Shown in pieces: positions 1-9,727 of a stretch of DNA of 64,000 nucleotides (positions are counted from its first letter, which is position 1; each line of letters starts with the position of its first letter). Source of the DNA: Solirubrobacterales bacterium (lineage in GTDB: Bacteria; Actinomycetota; Thermoleophilia; Solirubrobacterales; JACPNS01); contig JASGFX010000005.1 in NCBI GenBank assembly GCA_047605325.1, positions 2,561 to 66,560 of the forward strand, read 5' to 3'. The position numbers were made by a program, and so were the translations under genes. The notes under the pieces are model-generated. The model was given only the letters and a program-made list of their open reading frames with translations, was not told the origin of the DNA and made no database searches.

Positions 1-51
1 CCCTTGACCGCTGGGTTCGAATCGGCGATTATCGAAAGGTGGCGTTAGGCC

Positions 52-1095
52 ATGATGGAGGAGAACTTCGGGTCCGGTCAGGATGACGTGGAGGCCCGCG
101 CAGAGGAAGCTGTGACGGAAGCTCAGGACTTTTCACCCGGATCGGTGGAAGATCATCCGCGATTTGTCGACCCGCAAACGGGCGAGTCGTTCCCGACTGC
201 CCTGCCTCCGGAGAAGCGCCCGTCGGAGCCGACGGTCCACCTCGATGAGTTCGGCAACCGCATTCCGCCGAACGCGCCGGGCTACGAGCACGCTGGTCCC
301 TACGACTTCCACTCGCAGCAGCACCGCGCCCACGGCGCCGAGCGCAGCGCGATCCAGTTCCAGAACGTGCACAAGGCGTTCGGCCGCAACAAGGTCTTGA
401 ACGGCCTCAATCTCGACATCCCCGAAGGTCAGATCTCGATGATCCTCGGACCGTCGGGAACGGGAAAGTCGGTCTGCATCAAGCACATGGTCGGACTGCT
501 CTATCCCGACCAGGGGGACGTGCTCGTGCACGGCGAGTCCGTGCCGAACATGGCCGACGACCGCCTCTTCGAAGTGCGCAAGAAGTTCGGCGTGCTCTTC
601 CAGGACGGCGCGCTGTTCGGTTCGATGAACCTCTTCGACAACGTCGCCTTCCCGCTGCGCCAGCACACCGACAAGTCCGAGGCCGACGTGGCGGAGATCG
701 TCAACCGTCGCCTCAAGGAAGTCGGTCTGGGCAATGACGGCGAGAAGATGCCGAACGAGCTCTCCGGCGGAATGCGCAAGCGCGCCGGTTTCGCGCGCGC
801 GCTCGTGCTCGATCCCGACATCGTGCTCTTCGACGAGCCCGACTCGGGCCTCGACCCGGTCCGCACCGCGCTTCTCTGTGATCTGATCCAAGAGATCCAC
901 GAGGAGAACGGCGGCGCGTACGTCGTGATCACCCACGACATCCTCTCCGCGCGCCGCGTAGCCGAGCACATCGCCCTGCTCTGGAAGGGCAAGATCGTCG
1001 ACTCCGGTCCGGCCACCGAGCTCTTCGCCTCTGAAAACCCCTTCGTCAAGCAGTTCCTGACCGGCGACGCCGCCGGGCCGCTCGGGATGGAGTGA
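52..1095 (+). CDS. mkl: Mce/Mla-type ABC transporter ATP-binding protein (MceG/Mkl-like) with an N-terminal extension of about 95 aa
   Basis: 347-aa ORF. Walker A GPSGTGKS, ABC signature LSGGMRKR, Walker B IVLFDEPDSGLDP, H-loop ITHD. Directly precedes six MCE genes. Confidence 0.85.
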   Translation: MMEENFGSGQDDVEARAEEAVTEAQDFSPGSVEDHPRFVDPQTGESFPTALPPEKRPSEPTVHLDEFGNRIPPNAPGYEHAGPYDFHSQQHRAHGAERSAIQFQNVHKAFGRNKVLNGLNLDIPEGQISMILGPSGTGKSVCIKHMVGLLYPDQGDVLVHGESVPNMADDRLFEVRKKFGVLFQDGALFGSMNLFDNVAFPLRQHTDKSEADVAEIVNRRLKEVGLGNDGEKMPNELSGGMRKRAGFARALVLDPDIVLFDEPDSGLDPVRTALLCDLIQEIHEENGGAYVVITHDILSARRVAEHIALLWKGKIVDSGPATELFASENPFVKQFLTGDAAGPLGME

Positions 1096-1102
1096 ACGCC
1101 CG

Positions 1103-2473
1103 GTGGTAACCCGCTCCCAGAGGCAGATCGCCATCGCGGCGATCGTGGCTGCGATCCTGGTCGTGGTCTGGCTCGTCATGCGCGGAGGCGGATACGAGGT
1201 CAACGCGGTGTTCGAGACTGGCGGCCAGCTGGTCAAGGGCGCCAACGTGACCGTGGGCGGCAAGGCGGTCGGCAAGGTCGAAGAGATCTCGCTGACAGAC
1301 AACAACCTCGCGAACGTCAAGATGAAGATCGACGACGATTCGCTCACACCGCTGCACCGCGGAACCAAGGCGACGATCCGCCAGTTCTCGCTCTCTGGTG
1401 TGGCCAACCGTTTCGTCGCGCTCCAGCCGGGGCCGAACAACGCGCAGGAGATCCCCAACGACGGCGTGATCCCGACCGACGACACCGAGTCGCCGGTCGA
1501 CCTCGACCAGGTGCTCAACAGCTTCACCCCGAAGGTCACCAAGGGACTGCAGGGCTTCATCAAGGGCAGCGCGGCGCAGTACGCCGATGACCCCTCGACG
1601 CCGCTCAACGAGACGACCTACGGCAACATGGCGCTGCGTTACATCGCGCCATTCTTCGACGCCGGCGCCCGCCTTGCTCACTCGGTCGCACAGGACGACG
1701 AGACACTCGCCGACTTCCTCGTGGTCTCCGATCGCGCCTCGACGACGCTCGCCGAGCAGCAGGAACAGATCAAGACGATGTTCACGAACTTGACCAAGTT
1801 CACGACCGCCGTCTCCTCAGAGGCCGACGAGCTCGACCGCGCGCTGGCGATTCTGCCGCAGACGCTTCAGCAGGGCACGATCGCCTTCCGCAACCTGCGC
1901 CCGACTTTCGCCGCGCTTGAAGAACTCTCGAAGAAGTCCGACCCGATCGGCGAGAACGGGGGCGACGGCCTTGCGCCGCTGTTCCGCAAGCTTCAGCCGC
2001 TGGTCGACAACTCCGAGCCGACACTCTCGTACCTGCGCAAGATGATCCGCCAGAGCGGGCCCAACAATGACCTCACAGACATCTTCGCGACGCAGCCGTC
2101 GGTGACGAACGCCGCGAAGACCGCCTTCCCGAACTCCACTCAAGCGATGCAGACGGGTCAGATCGTGCTGCAGTTCCTGCGCCCGTACACGCCGGAGCTG
2201 ACGAGCTGGTTCAGCCACTTCGGGCAGATTGCGGCGAACTATGACGCCAACGGGCACTATGTGCGGGTTTCGACCGTTGCTGCTCCGTACTCGTATGACA
2301 GCGGAAGTGGAACTCTCAAGGTCAACAACGACACCGCATTGGGCGACTTCCCCAAGACCGGCACCGATCGATGCCCGGGCAGCGCCGCGCAACCGGCGTC
2401 CGACGCTTCGAGCCCGTTCACGGCTGGCGGAACGCTCGACTGCAACCCTTCACTCCAGACGCCGGGTCCGTGA
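1103..2473 (+). CDS. MCE family (MlaD-domain) protein 1 of 6
   Basis: N-terminal TM helix (IAIAAIVAAILVVVWLV), then an MlaD-like core YEVNAVFETGGQLVKGANVTVGGKAVGKVEEISL. Long helical C-terminus. Confidence 0.85.
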   Translation: MVTRSQRQIAIAAIVAAILVVVWLVMRGGGYEVNAVFETGGQLVKGANVTVGGKAVGKVEEISLTDNNLANVKMKIDDDSLTPLHRGTKATIRQFSLSGVANRFVALQPGPNNAQEIPNDGVIPTDDTESPVDLDQVLNSFTPKVTKGLQGFIKGSAAQYADDPSTPLNETTYGNMALRYIAPFFDAGARLAHSVAQDDETLADFLVVSDRASTTLAEQQEQIKTMFTNLTKFTTAVSSEADELDRALAILPQTLQQGTIAFRNLRPTFAALEELSKKSDPIGENGGDGLAPLFRKLQPLVDNSEPTLSYLRKMIRQSGPNNDLTDIFATQPSVTNAAKTAFPNSTQAMQTGQIVLQFLRPYTPELTSWFSHFGQIAANYDANGHYVRVSTVAAPYSYDSGSGTLKVNNDTALGDFPKTGTDRCPGSAAQPASDASSPFTAGGTLDCNPSLQTPGP

Positions 2474-3837
2474 TGAAGGTGCTGAAGCGGACATCGAAGA
2501 TGGCCTCGGCGGCGAATCCCCGCAAGCTCAGCGTGCGCTCGCGCCGCCTGACGGCGCTATGCATTGCCGCAGCGGCCATCGTCGTCGTTGTGCTCTCGCT
2601 CGGCGCCAGCGGCGGCGGTAGCTACAAGGTTCGCGCGATTTTTGTCAACTCCGCCGGCATCACCAACGGCGCCGATGTGCGCGTCGCAGGCGCGAACGTG
2701 GGATCGATCGACGGTATCTACGCCGGCAAGGACGGCCTCGCCTCGGTGATCCTTGACATCAAGGATCCCGGCTACCAGCAGTTCTACGCGGACGCGCACT
2801 GCCGCATCCGCCTGCAGTCGCTGATCGGTGAGAAGTTCGTCGACTGCACGCCCGGTACACCTTCGAAGGGCAACCTCCAGACCGACCCGGCTGACGACAG
2901 CCGCGAGATCTTGCCCCACTCACAGACTGGATCGCCGGTCGACCCGGACGAGCTGCTCGACGCGATGCGCGAGCCGCAGCGCGAGCGCTTCCGGGTGATC
3001 ATCAACGAGCTCGGCATCACGCTGACCGGTCGCGGCCAGGACCTTCAGGACATCCTTGATCGCTTCAACCCGACGCTGATGAACGTCAACAAGATCCTGA
3101 AGATCCTCGCCGACGAGAACAAGAAGCTCGTGCAGATGGCTGAGGATGGCGACGAGTCGCTCGAGCGGCTCGCCCGCGCTCGCAAGAGCATCGTCGGCTT
3201 GATGAAGAACGCCGACATCGCGGCGCGCGCTACCAACCAGAAGCAGGCCGAGCTCGCCGAGACGCTCCAGCGCCTGCCGGAGTTTCTGCGCGAGCTCGAG
3301 CAGACCGCGCCGGTGCTTGAGGAGTTTGCGAATCAGGCTGCACCGGTGGCTGCGTCGGCGCGCGCTGCTTCGGGTGATCTCTCTGACTTTGTCTCGGGAA
3401 CTAAGGCTTTCGTCGACGCGGCGAACCCCGCGCTGACGCGGTTCGGTCAAACCGCCGATGTCTTCCGCGCTCAGATCCCGGCACTTCAGCCGGTGGCGGA
3501 GACGCTGAAGCAGATTGGTGACAACCGGAGCTCGGTTACGAACATCAAAAAGTTGCTTACGAGTTTCGACCAGCAGAACGGTTACCCCAACCTCGCAGCG
3601 ATGGCCATCGGACTTGCCGGAGCCGGAAATGGCACGAATGCGTTCGGGCACTTCATGCGGTCTTCGATGGTCATTCGCCAGCGCGGCTGTCTCTTCACAT
3701 GGCAGCACGTCGGGCGACTGTGCTCGGACTGGACCGCGGGGCGAAAGAACTCCGACCCAAGCAACGGCCGGTTCGATCCACAGGCGACCGGCTACGACCG
3801 CCAGCTCCACGGCGAGCGCCGCCGCTCGACTACCTGA
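2473..3837 (+). CDS. MCE family protein 2 of 6
   Basis: Track ORF 2371-3837 trimmed to the ATG at 2473, which overlaps the upstream stop as TGATG. TM helix, then YKVRAIFVNSAGITNGADVRVAGANVGSIDGI. Confidence 0.8.
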   Translation: MKVLKRTSKMASAANPRKLSVRSRRLTALCIAAAAIVVVVLSLGASGGGSYKVRAIFVNSAGITNGADVRVAGANVGSIDGIYAGKDGLASVILDIKDPGYQQFYADAHCRIRLQSLIGEKFVDCTPGTPSKGNLQTDPADDSREILPHSQTGSPVDPDELLDAMREPQRERFRVIINELGITLTGRGQDLQDILDRFNPTLMNVNKILKILADENKKLVQMAEDGDESLERLARARKSIVGLMKNADIAARATNQKQAELAETLQRLPEFLRELEQTAPVLEEFANQAAPVAASARAASGDLSDFVSGTKAFVDAANPALTRFGQTADVFRAQIPALQPVAETLKQIGDNRSSVTNIKKLLTSFDQQNGYPNLAAMAIGLAGAGNGTNAFGHFMRSSMVIRQRGCLFTWQHVGRLCSDWTAGRKNSDPSNGRFDPQATGYDRQLHGERRRSTT

Positions 3838-3851
3838 TGGGAGGCGAGTAG

Positions 3852-5345
3852 ATGCGCCGTCAGGGAGTCGCTGACAACCCCGTACTCGTCGGTGCCGGCG
3901 CGATTCTCGTGATCCTCGTGATGGTGCTGCTGAGCTATAACGCCAACTCCGGTCTGCCGTTCGTCCCGACCTACGACATCACCGCGGACATCCCGAATGG
4001 TGCGGCACTCGTGAAGGGCAACGAGGTGCGCATCGGTGGCGCGCGCGTTGGAACGGTCACCAGCATCAAGCCTGAGAGCAAGGACGACGTCTACTACGCG
4101 CAGATCGCTCTCAAGCTCGACAAGAACATCGGCCCGATCCCCGAGAACTCAACTGTCGAAGTCCGACCGAAGTCGACGATCGGCCTCAAATACGTCGAGC
4201 TGACGTTGGGTGACTCCGACGACACGATTCCCAACGGCGGAAATCTGCCGATTTCGCAGGCCACCACCGCGACCGAGTTTGAGGACCTTCTCGACACATT
4301 TGACAAGCGCGTCCGCGAGGGCAACAAGCGGTCACTGCAGGAGTTCGGCAATGCATTCGCAGGTCGCGGAGCGGATCTGAACACGGCGTTCGGCGAGCTT
4401 GGTCCGCTGTTCGAGAATCTTGAGCCCGTTGCGAAGACTATTGCCGATCCGGCCACTCGCCTCGGCGAATTCATCCGTGTGATCGCGCAAGTCGCGCATG
4501 ACTACGCGGCCAGCGGCGAGGCGGGGTACGAGGTCTGGGTCAATGCTGACCGGACATTCGCGGCTTTCGCGCAGGCGTCGAACGGAATCCAACAGAGCCT
4601 TGAGGAGTCGCCGGCAACCCTTGCCGTGCTCACCGAGAATTTCCCGGCCGAGCGGAAGTATTTCCGTCAGCTGACCGACACGGTCGAACGATTCCAAGAA
4701 GGCGCACCGTACCTTCCCACGGTGGCCACAGACTTCGCGTCGATCACCGACGACGGGCCGAGCGCCTTTAACAAGCTCTACAAGACGGTTCCGGCGTTCA
4801 ACACGACCCTCACAAATCTCGGCCAGTTCGCCGCGGATTCGCAGGTCAAGTTGGGCCTGAATGCATTGAAAAACTTCGTCGTGACGATCAAGCAGCCGCT
4901 CGAATACATCACGCCGGCGCAGACAAAATGCAACTACTTCGGTCTGTTGGTGCGCAACCTCGCTTCCACGGTGAGTTCGCGTGACAACGGGGTCGGCATG
5001 CTGCGGTTCGGGGCTGTTGCGGGATTCCCGAACATCAATGGCGACACAAGTGCTGAGAGCGGACCGGGCGACAGACTCCCGGCGTCGTCGCAGAACGCCT
5101 ACTATCAGAACGGGAGGCTGATCGGAGATGTTTGGAACTATCTGAACAGCAACGGATACCCCGGTACTGGACAAAACGGGATCTGCGGCGCAGGAAACGA
5201 ATTCACTAAGGGCGTGAACCAAGGCGGCACGATCCCCCAGTCTCTGCCAAAACAAACACGCACCACCGAGCCGGATGGAATCAAGCCCGGCTTCACCACT
5301 CAGAACACTCAGCCCATCGGATCCGACCAGGTTGACACGAAATGA
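3852..5345 (+). CDS. MCE family protein 3 of 6
   Basis: TM helix VLVGAGAILVILVMVLL, then YDITADIPNGAALVKGNEVRIGGARVGTVTSI. Confidence 0.8.
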   Translation: MRRQGVADNPVLVGAGAILVILVMVLLSYNANSGLPFVPTYDITADIPNGAALVKGNEVRIGGARVGTVTSIKPESKDDVYYAQIALKLDKNIGPIPENSTVEVRPKSTIGLKYVELTLGDSDDTIPNGGNLPISQATTATEFEDLLDTFDKRVREGNKRSLQEFGNAFAGRGADLNTAFGELGPLFENLEPVAKTIADPATRLGEFIRVIAQVAHDYAASGEAGYEVWVNADRTFAAFAQASNGIQQSLEESPATLAVLTENFPAERKYFRQLTDTVERFQEGAPYLPTVATDFASITDDGPSAFNKLYKTVPAFNTTLTNLGQFAADSQVKLGLNALKNFVVTIKQPLEYITPAQTKCNYFGLLVRNLASTVSSRDNGVGMLRFGAVAGFPNINGDTSAESGPGDRLPASSQNAYYQNGRLIGDVWNYLNSNGYPGTGQNGICGAGNEFTKGVNQGGTIPQSLPKQTRTTEPDGIKPGFTTQNTQPIGSDQVDTK

Positions 5346-6769
5346 CGCTGCACCACGGACAGCCCGAAGGCGCGTCGCTCCGCAAGGCAGGACTCATCGG
5401 CATCGCTGTGATCGCGGTGCTCGTCTACTTCGCATTCACGAAGTCGATTCCGTTCACGCATGGCTACCAGGTCAACGCCTACTTCACCAACGCCGCAAAC
5501 ATTCAGCCGAAGGCTCAGGTGCGAATCGCCGGGGTAAAGGTAGGCACTGTCTCAAGCGTGCAGCGTGGCAACGGCGCTACGACCAAGGTCGTCATGGAGC
5601 TCGACAAGAAGGCGCTTCCGGTCTACCAGAACGCGGCCGCCAAGATTCGCTTCCGCATCTTTCTTGAAGGAAACCCGTTCATCGACCTCCAGCCAGGCAC
5701 TCCCGGCAGCAAGGAGATCAAATCGGGCGGCTCCATTCCGGTCGCCCAAACCGCTGGCCCGGTGCAGCTTGACCAGGTTCTCAGCGCAGTCAACAGCGAC
5801 TCGCGCAAGGGCCTCGAGTCGATCTTCACGGAGATCGGAACGGCTTTGAACACCAAGGGCACCGAAGAGGAGAACGCCACGCAGGAGGACGACGTCAAGG
5901 ATCTGACCGGCGCGCAGGCTCTCAACCGTGCGTTCCGCTACGGCCCCGACGGCTTCAAGGGCGGCGCGCGGGTGTTCGACGCCCTGATCGGTTACGGCGA
6001 TGACGACCAGCTCACGATCCTTCGCGGCATTCGTGATTTCAACACCGCCGTCAACGACCGCGAGGCGCAGTTGGTTCCGCTGATCGCCGACTTCGGTACC
6101 ACGATTGGCGCGTTCGCCGACGACGAGGAGGCGCTGCGCCAGGCGACCAAGCAGTTCTCGCGTCTTTCCTACGAGTCGTACCCGACGCTCGTGCAGCTCA
6201 ACAAACTTCTTCCGGCCCTCACGACTTGGAGCTACACGATCGCGCCGCAGCTGAAGGAAATCCCGGCGACCGTGCGCGCCGCCTATCCGTGGATCGAGCA
6301 GACGAATGACCTCATGGAGGCGCTCGACGATGGCACCGCCAAGCTCGCTCAGAACACCACGGAGCAGTTCGCGGTCGCGCAGGCTGGAACGAAGAAACTG
6401 CTTCCGCAGCTCGACAACGTTGCGCGCTGCTGGAACCACAACTGGTTCCCGACACTTAACGCCGTCGTGCCCGATGGATCGAACACTTCTGGCAAGGAGA
6501 ACTACAAGGAGTTCTGGTACTCACTGGTCGGCTGGAACAGCTCGACGCAGAACTTCACGTCGACTGGTCCTTACCTCCGACTGGGCTCCGGCTCGGCCGC
6601 GACCGTGACAACGCCGTCCGGCAAACTGTTCGGCCCGTCGGCCAACGCGCAGACTGGCACGAGCCCGAAGATCCTCTCGAGTGCGAACCCGCCGGTTCAG
6701 ACGAAGGTTTCTTGCTACAAAAATGCTGCGCCCAACCTCTCGCCTACCCCTGAGAGCGTGACTCCCTAA
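5342..6769 (+). CDS. MCE family protein 4 of 6
   Basis: 4-nt overlap with the previous gene. TM helix, then YQVNAYFTNAANIQPKAQVRIAGVKVGTVSSV. Confidence 0.8.
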   Translation: MTLHHGQPEGASLRKAGLIGIAVIAVLVYFAFTKSIPFTHGYQVNAYFTNAANIQPKAQVRIAGVKVGTVSSVQRGNGATTKVVMELDKKALPVYQNAAAKIRFRIFLEGNPFIDLQPGTPGSKEIKSGGSIPVAQTAGPVQLDQVLSAVNSDSRKGLESIFTEIGTALNTKGTEEENATQEDDVKDLTGAQALNRAFRYGPDGFKGGARVFDALIGYGDDDQLTILRGIRDFNTAVNDREAQLVPLIADFGTTIGAFADDEEALRQATKQFSRLSYESYPTLVQLNKLLPALTTWSYTIAPQLKEIPATVRAAYPWIEQTNDLMEALDDGTAKLAQNTTEQFAVAQAGTKKLLPQLDNVARCWNHNWFPTLNAVVPDGSNTSGKENYKEFWYSLVGWNSSTQNFTSTGPYLRLGSGSAATVTTPSGKLFGPSANAQTGTSPKILSSANPPVQTKVSCYKNAAPNLSPTPESVTP

Positions 6770-8085
6770 TGCACGGTTTGCGCAAAGCAATGAAGCGCTA
6801 CGGCGTGCACCTCGCGGCGATCGTGGTGCTCGTCGTGGTGTCGCTCGGTGTCGGTAGCTACATCCTCTCGCACCAGCGCCTGTATCTGCCCGCCTGGGTA
6901 CCGGTCATTGGGACCGACTTCTACACCGTGAACGCGCAGTTCACGAGTGCGCAGGCAGTCACGCCCGGTCAGGGGCAGACGGTCAACATCGCCGGAGTTC
7001 CTGTCGGCGAAATCGGCAGCGTCACTCTTGAAAACGGGACAGCCAACGTTCAGTTGAAGATCCGTCGCTCGCACGCGCCGATCTACAAGAACACGACGAT
7101 GCTGCTGCGCCCGAAGACGCCGCTGTCCGACATGTATGTCGACATGAAGCCGGGCGACCCGAGCGCGGGCGAGATCAAGGATGGCGGCACGGTTCCGCTG
7201 GCCAACACCAAGCCGACGGTCAACTTCGATGAGTTTCTCTCGCTCTTCGACGAGGACACTCGCGACTACTTCCAGAACCTCCTCACGGCGGCCGGCGAGG
7301 GCCTCGAGGGTCAGGGCGGAAACCTCCGCAATGGCTTCAAACGCTTCCCGACGACCGGCAAGTACGGCGTGCGCATCGTCAAGGAGCTGCAGAAGCGCCA
7401 CAAGAACATCAAGCGCGCGATCACGAATCTCGCGTTGCTCTCGAAGGCGCTCGGCGACAACTCGAAGGTGTTCGCTTCCCTGATCGACTCATCGAGCACG
7501 ACGTTCCGTACGTGGGCGAGCCAGCAGGAGTCGATCCGTCAGATCGTCCAGCTCGCGCCGGAAGCGTTTGGCAAGACAGCCGACGCAGCCGAGGCATCGA
7601 CGCCGGTCATTGAGGACAGCGCTGTCGCGTTCAAGAACCTTCAGCCGCTTGCCAAGAACCTCGGAGTTTCTTTGAAGAGCCTGCGCCCGTTCTTCAAGGA
7701 CCAGGCGCAGGTCACCAAAGATCACTTCATCCCGCTTGCCGAGGACTCGAAGCCGTTGCTGGAGGTTCTCAGTCCGGCCTCAACGAACCTCGCCAAGATG
7801 ACGCCTGACGCCGTCGCTGCCACCCAGTCTTTCAACCGACTTTTGAACATCGTCGGGTTCAACCCGAAGGGTTCAGAAGAGGGATATCTCTACTGGCTCT
7901 CATGGTTCAGCCATATTTCTGCGTCGAGTTTCAGCCGCGCCGATGCCAACGGCATCCTCTCGTCCGGTGCACTGGTCGCCTCATGCAAGGACTTGGGCAC
8001 TGCCGGCGCTGCGGCGCGAGGTGGAAACATCGTTTTCCCGCTTCTGGTCGGCCTCACAAATCTTCCGATCGACAAGGGCTGCTGA
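6769..8085 (+). CDS. MCE family protein 5 of 6
   Basis: 1-nt overlap with the previous gene. TM helix, then YTVNAQFTSAQAVTPGQGQTVNIAGVPVGEIGSV. Confidence 0.8.
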   Translation: MHGLRKAMKRYGVHLAAIVVLVVVSLGVGSYILSHQRLYLPAWVPVIGTDFYTVNAQFTSAQAVTPGQGQTVNIAGVPVGEIGSVTLENGTANVQLKIRRSHAPIYKNTTMLLRPKTPLSDMYVDMKPGDPSAGEIKDGGTVPLANTKPTVNFDEFLSLFDEDTRDYFQNLLTAAGEGLEGQGGNLRNGFKRFPTTGKYGVRIVKELQKRHKNIKRAITNLALLSKALGDNSKVFASLIDSSSTTFRTWASQQESIRQIVQLAPEAFGKTADAAEASTPVIEDSAVAFKNLQPLAKNLGVSLKSLRPFFKDQAQVTKDHFIPLAEDSKPLLEVLSPASTNLAKMTPDAVAATQSFNRLLNIVGFNPKGSEEGYLYWLSWFSHISASSFSRADANGILSSGALVASCKDLGTAGAAARGGNIVFPLLVGLTNLPIDKGC

Positions 8086-8089
8086 GTCA

Positions 8090-9691
8090 GTGATCAAGCG
8101 AGCACCAAGTCCTGCCCAGCTCATCGCGATGATCGTTTTCGCGTTCTCCTGCTTTGCACTGATCCTGTTCCTATGGGTTTCGTTCGGCGGCCCCGTGCCG
8201 CTGAAGCCCCAGGGATACCGTGTGAACGCGACATTCAACGAGGCGGTGCAGCTTGCCACTGAGGCTGATGTCCGGATCTCTGGCGTGCCGATCGGCAAGG
8301 TCAAGAAGGTCTATCCGGACCAGGGTCGCACCGAAGCAACTCTTGAGATTGAACCTCGCTACGCACCCCTGCCTGATGACGTAAAGGCGATCCTCCGCAG
8401 CAAGACACTTCTGGGCGAGACCTACGTCGAGCTATCCCCGGGAACCAAGGGTGCGCCGACGATTCCCGACCATGGGTCGATCCCAGCTGCCCAGGTCTCG
8501 AATCAGGTCCAGCTGGATGAAGTGATCCGCACGTTCGACCAGCCCACTCGCGAGGCGTTCGGCGACTGGCTTATTGGGCAGTCTGAGGCTGTCAAGGGTC
8601 ACGGAGATCAGCTAAACCAAGCCTTCGGTGTGCTCCCGATGTTCTTCACCGATAGCAACAACCTCATGGAGGTTCTGCACCGCCAGGACAAGGCGCTCTC
8701 GCGCGTCTTCCGCAACACTGCGACGATCTTCAAGGCGATCGACAGCCGGCCGGGCCAGCTGACCGACCTGATCATCGCATCGAACAACCTGCTGCGTGTG
8801 ACTGGTAACCGCAGTCAGCAGCTTGTGCAGACCTTCAACGAATTCCCCGAGTTTTTGCGCCAGACACGCCAGACGATCGCGGAGTTCCAGGATTTCTCGG
8901 ATGGCACTCAGAACCTGATTTCGAACACGAACGCATTTGCGGATGCATCCTCTCCGCTGATCAAGAAGTCCGTAAAAGCGGCTGACGACGCGCGTCAACT
9001 CGTGAGCAGTCTCGAGCCGATGCTCGACAAGGCGGATTCGGGACTGCCGGCTACGGACCAGTTCCTCACTCTCGCAAAGCCGACGTTGGCTCAGTTGGAT
9101 CCGTTTCTCGCGAACCTGAACCCCGTACTCGAATTCGTCGGCATGTACCAAAAGGAACTCACGGCATTTGCGGCTAACGATGCGGCAGCGTCACAGGCGC
9201 AGGCCACTATGTCTTCCACAAGATCGGGGCAAGCCTCTTTTGGGCACTACCTACGTGCGTTCACGATGTTTACCCCAGATTCACTCGCGTACTACCCGAA
9301 CAAGAGTGCGAAGACGCGATCAAACGCTTATCCGGTTCCCGGCTGGTACGACAAGCTCGCTTCCGGCCTCCAAGTATTCGACGCAGGCCAGTGTGGGACG
9401 ATCGCGGTTCCGCCCCTTGATCCGGATGACACGACCTACCTGAACCCACCACCTGGGGCAGTGCAACTCGCGCAAATCTTGCCGCAGATAAACCAGATCA
9501 TCTACGGCGGCAACTACACGCCGAATCCGACCAATCCCGTCGGAACGGCGGTATCCGCGAACCTCTCCCAGAGTCCAACCAATGCCGCAAACCTTCTTGC
9601 CCCCAACTGCTCCCAGCAACAGTCAATGACCTTCCAAGGCTCCTCGCTCCAGTTCCCGCACGTCAACCAGGGCACCAACGCCAATCCTTAG
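8090..9691 (+). CDS. MCE family protein 6 of 6
   Basis: Track ORF 7943-9691 trimmed to the in-frame GTG at 8090, 4 nt after the upstream stop. TM helix LIAMIVFAFSCFALILFLWV, then YRVNATFNEAVQLATEADVRISGVPIGKVKKV. Confidence 0.8.
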   Translation: MIKRAPSPAQLIAMIVFAFSCFALILFLWVSFGGPVPLKPQGYRVNATFNEAVQLATEADVRISGVPIGKVKKVYPDQGRTEATLEIEPRYAPLPDDVKAILRSKTLLGETYVELSPGTKGAPTIPDHGSIPAAQVSNQVQLDEVIRTFDQPTREAFGDWLIGQSEAVKGHGDQLNQAFGVLPMFFTDSNNLMEVLHRQDKALSRVFRNTATIFKAIDSRPGQLTDLIIASNNLLRVTGNRSQQLVQTFNEFPEFLRQTRQTIAEFQDFSDGTQNLISNTNAFADASSPLIKKSVKAADDARQLVSSLEPMLDKADSGLPATDQFLTLAKPTLAQLDPFLANLNPVLEFVGMYQKELTAFAANDAAASQAQATMSSTRSGQASFGHYLRAFTMFTPDSLAYYPNKSAKTRSNAYPVPGWYDKLASGLQVFDAGQCGTIAVPPLDPDDTTYLNPPPGAVQLAQILPQINQIIYGGNYTPNPTNPVGTAVSANLSQSPTNAANLLAPNCSQQQSMTFQGSSLQFPHVNQGTNANP

Positions 9692-9727
9692 GATCCCGGC
9701 TGCTCCACCGGCACCTCCGCAGCCGCA

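Noticed and set aside
1-48. A possible 3' end of an upstream gene (open frame ending in TAG at 46-48). A YrbE/MlaE permease is expected upstream of the mce ATPase.
   Set aside because: Only 15 codons are visible, which is too little sequence to support a feature call.
2371-2472. N-terminal extensions of track ORFs (2371, 7943, 13397, 16625, 19759, 20796, 32812, 47586, 59564, 60099, 63950).
   Set aside because: The extended parts are Arg/Pro-rich, overlap the preceding gene or a repeat element, and precede a start codon that gives a canonical N-terminus (TM helix, signal peptide or conserved motif), often with a 1-4 nt stop/start overlap or a good SD.
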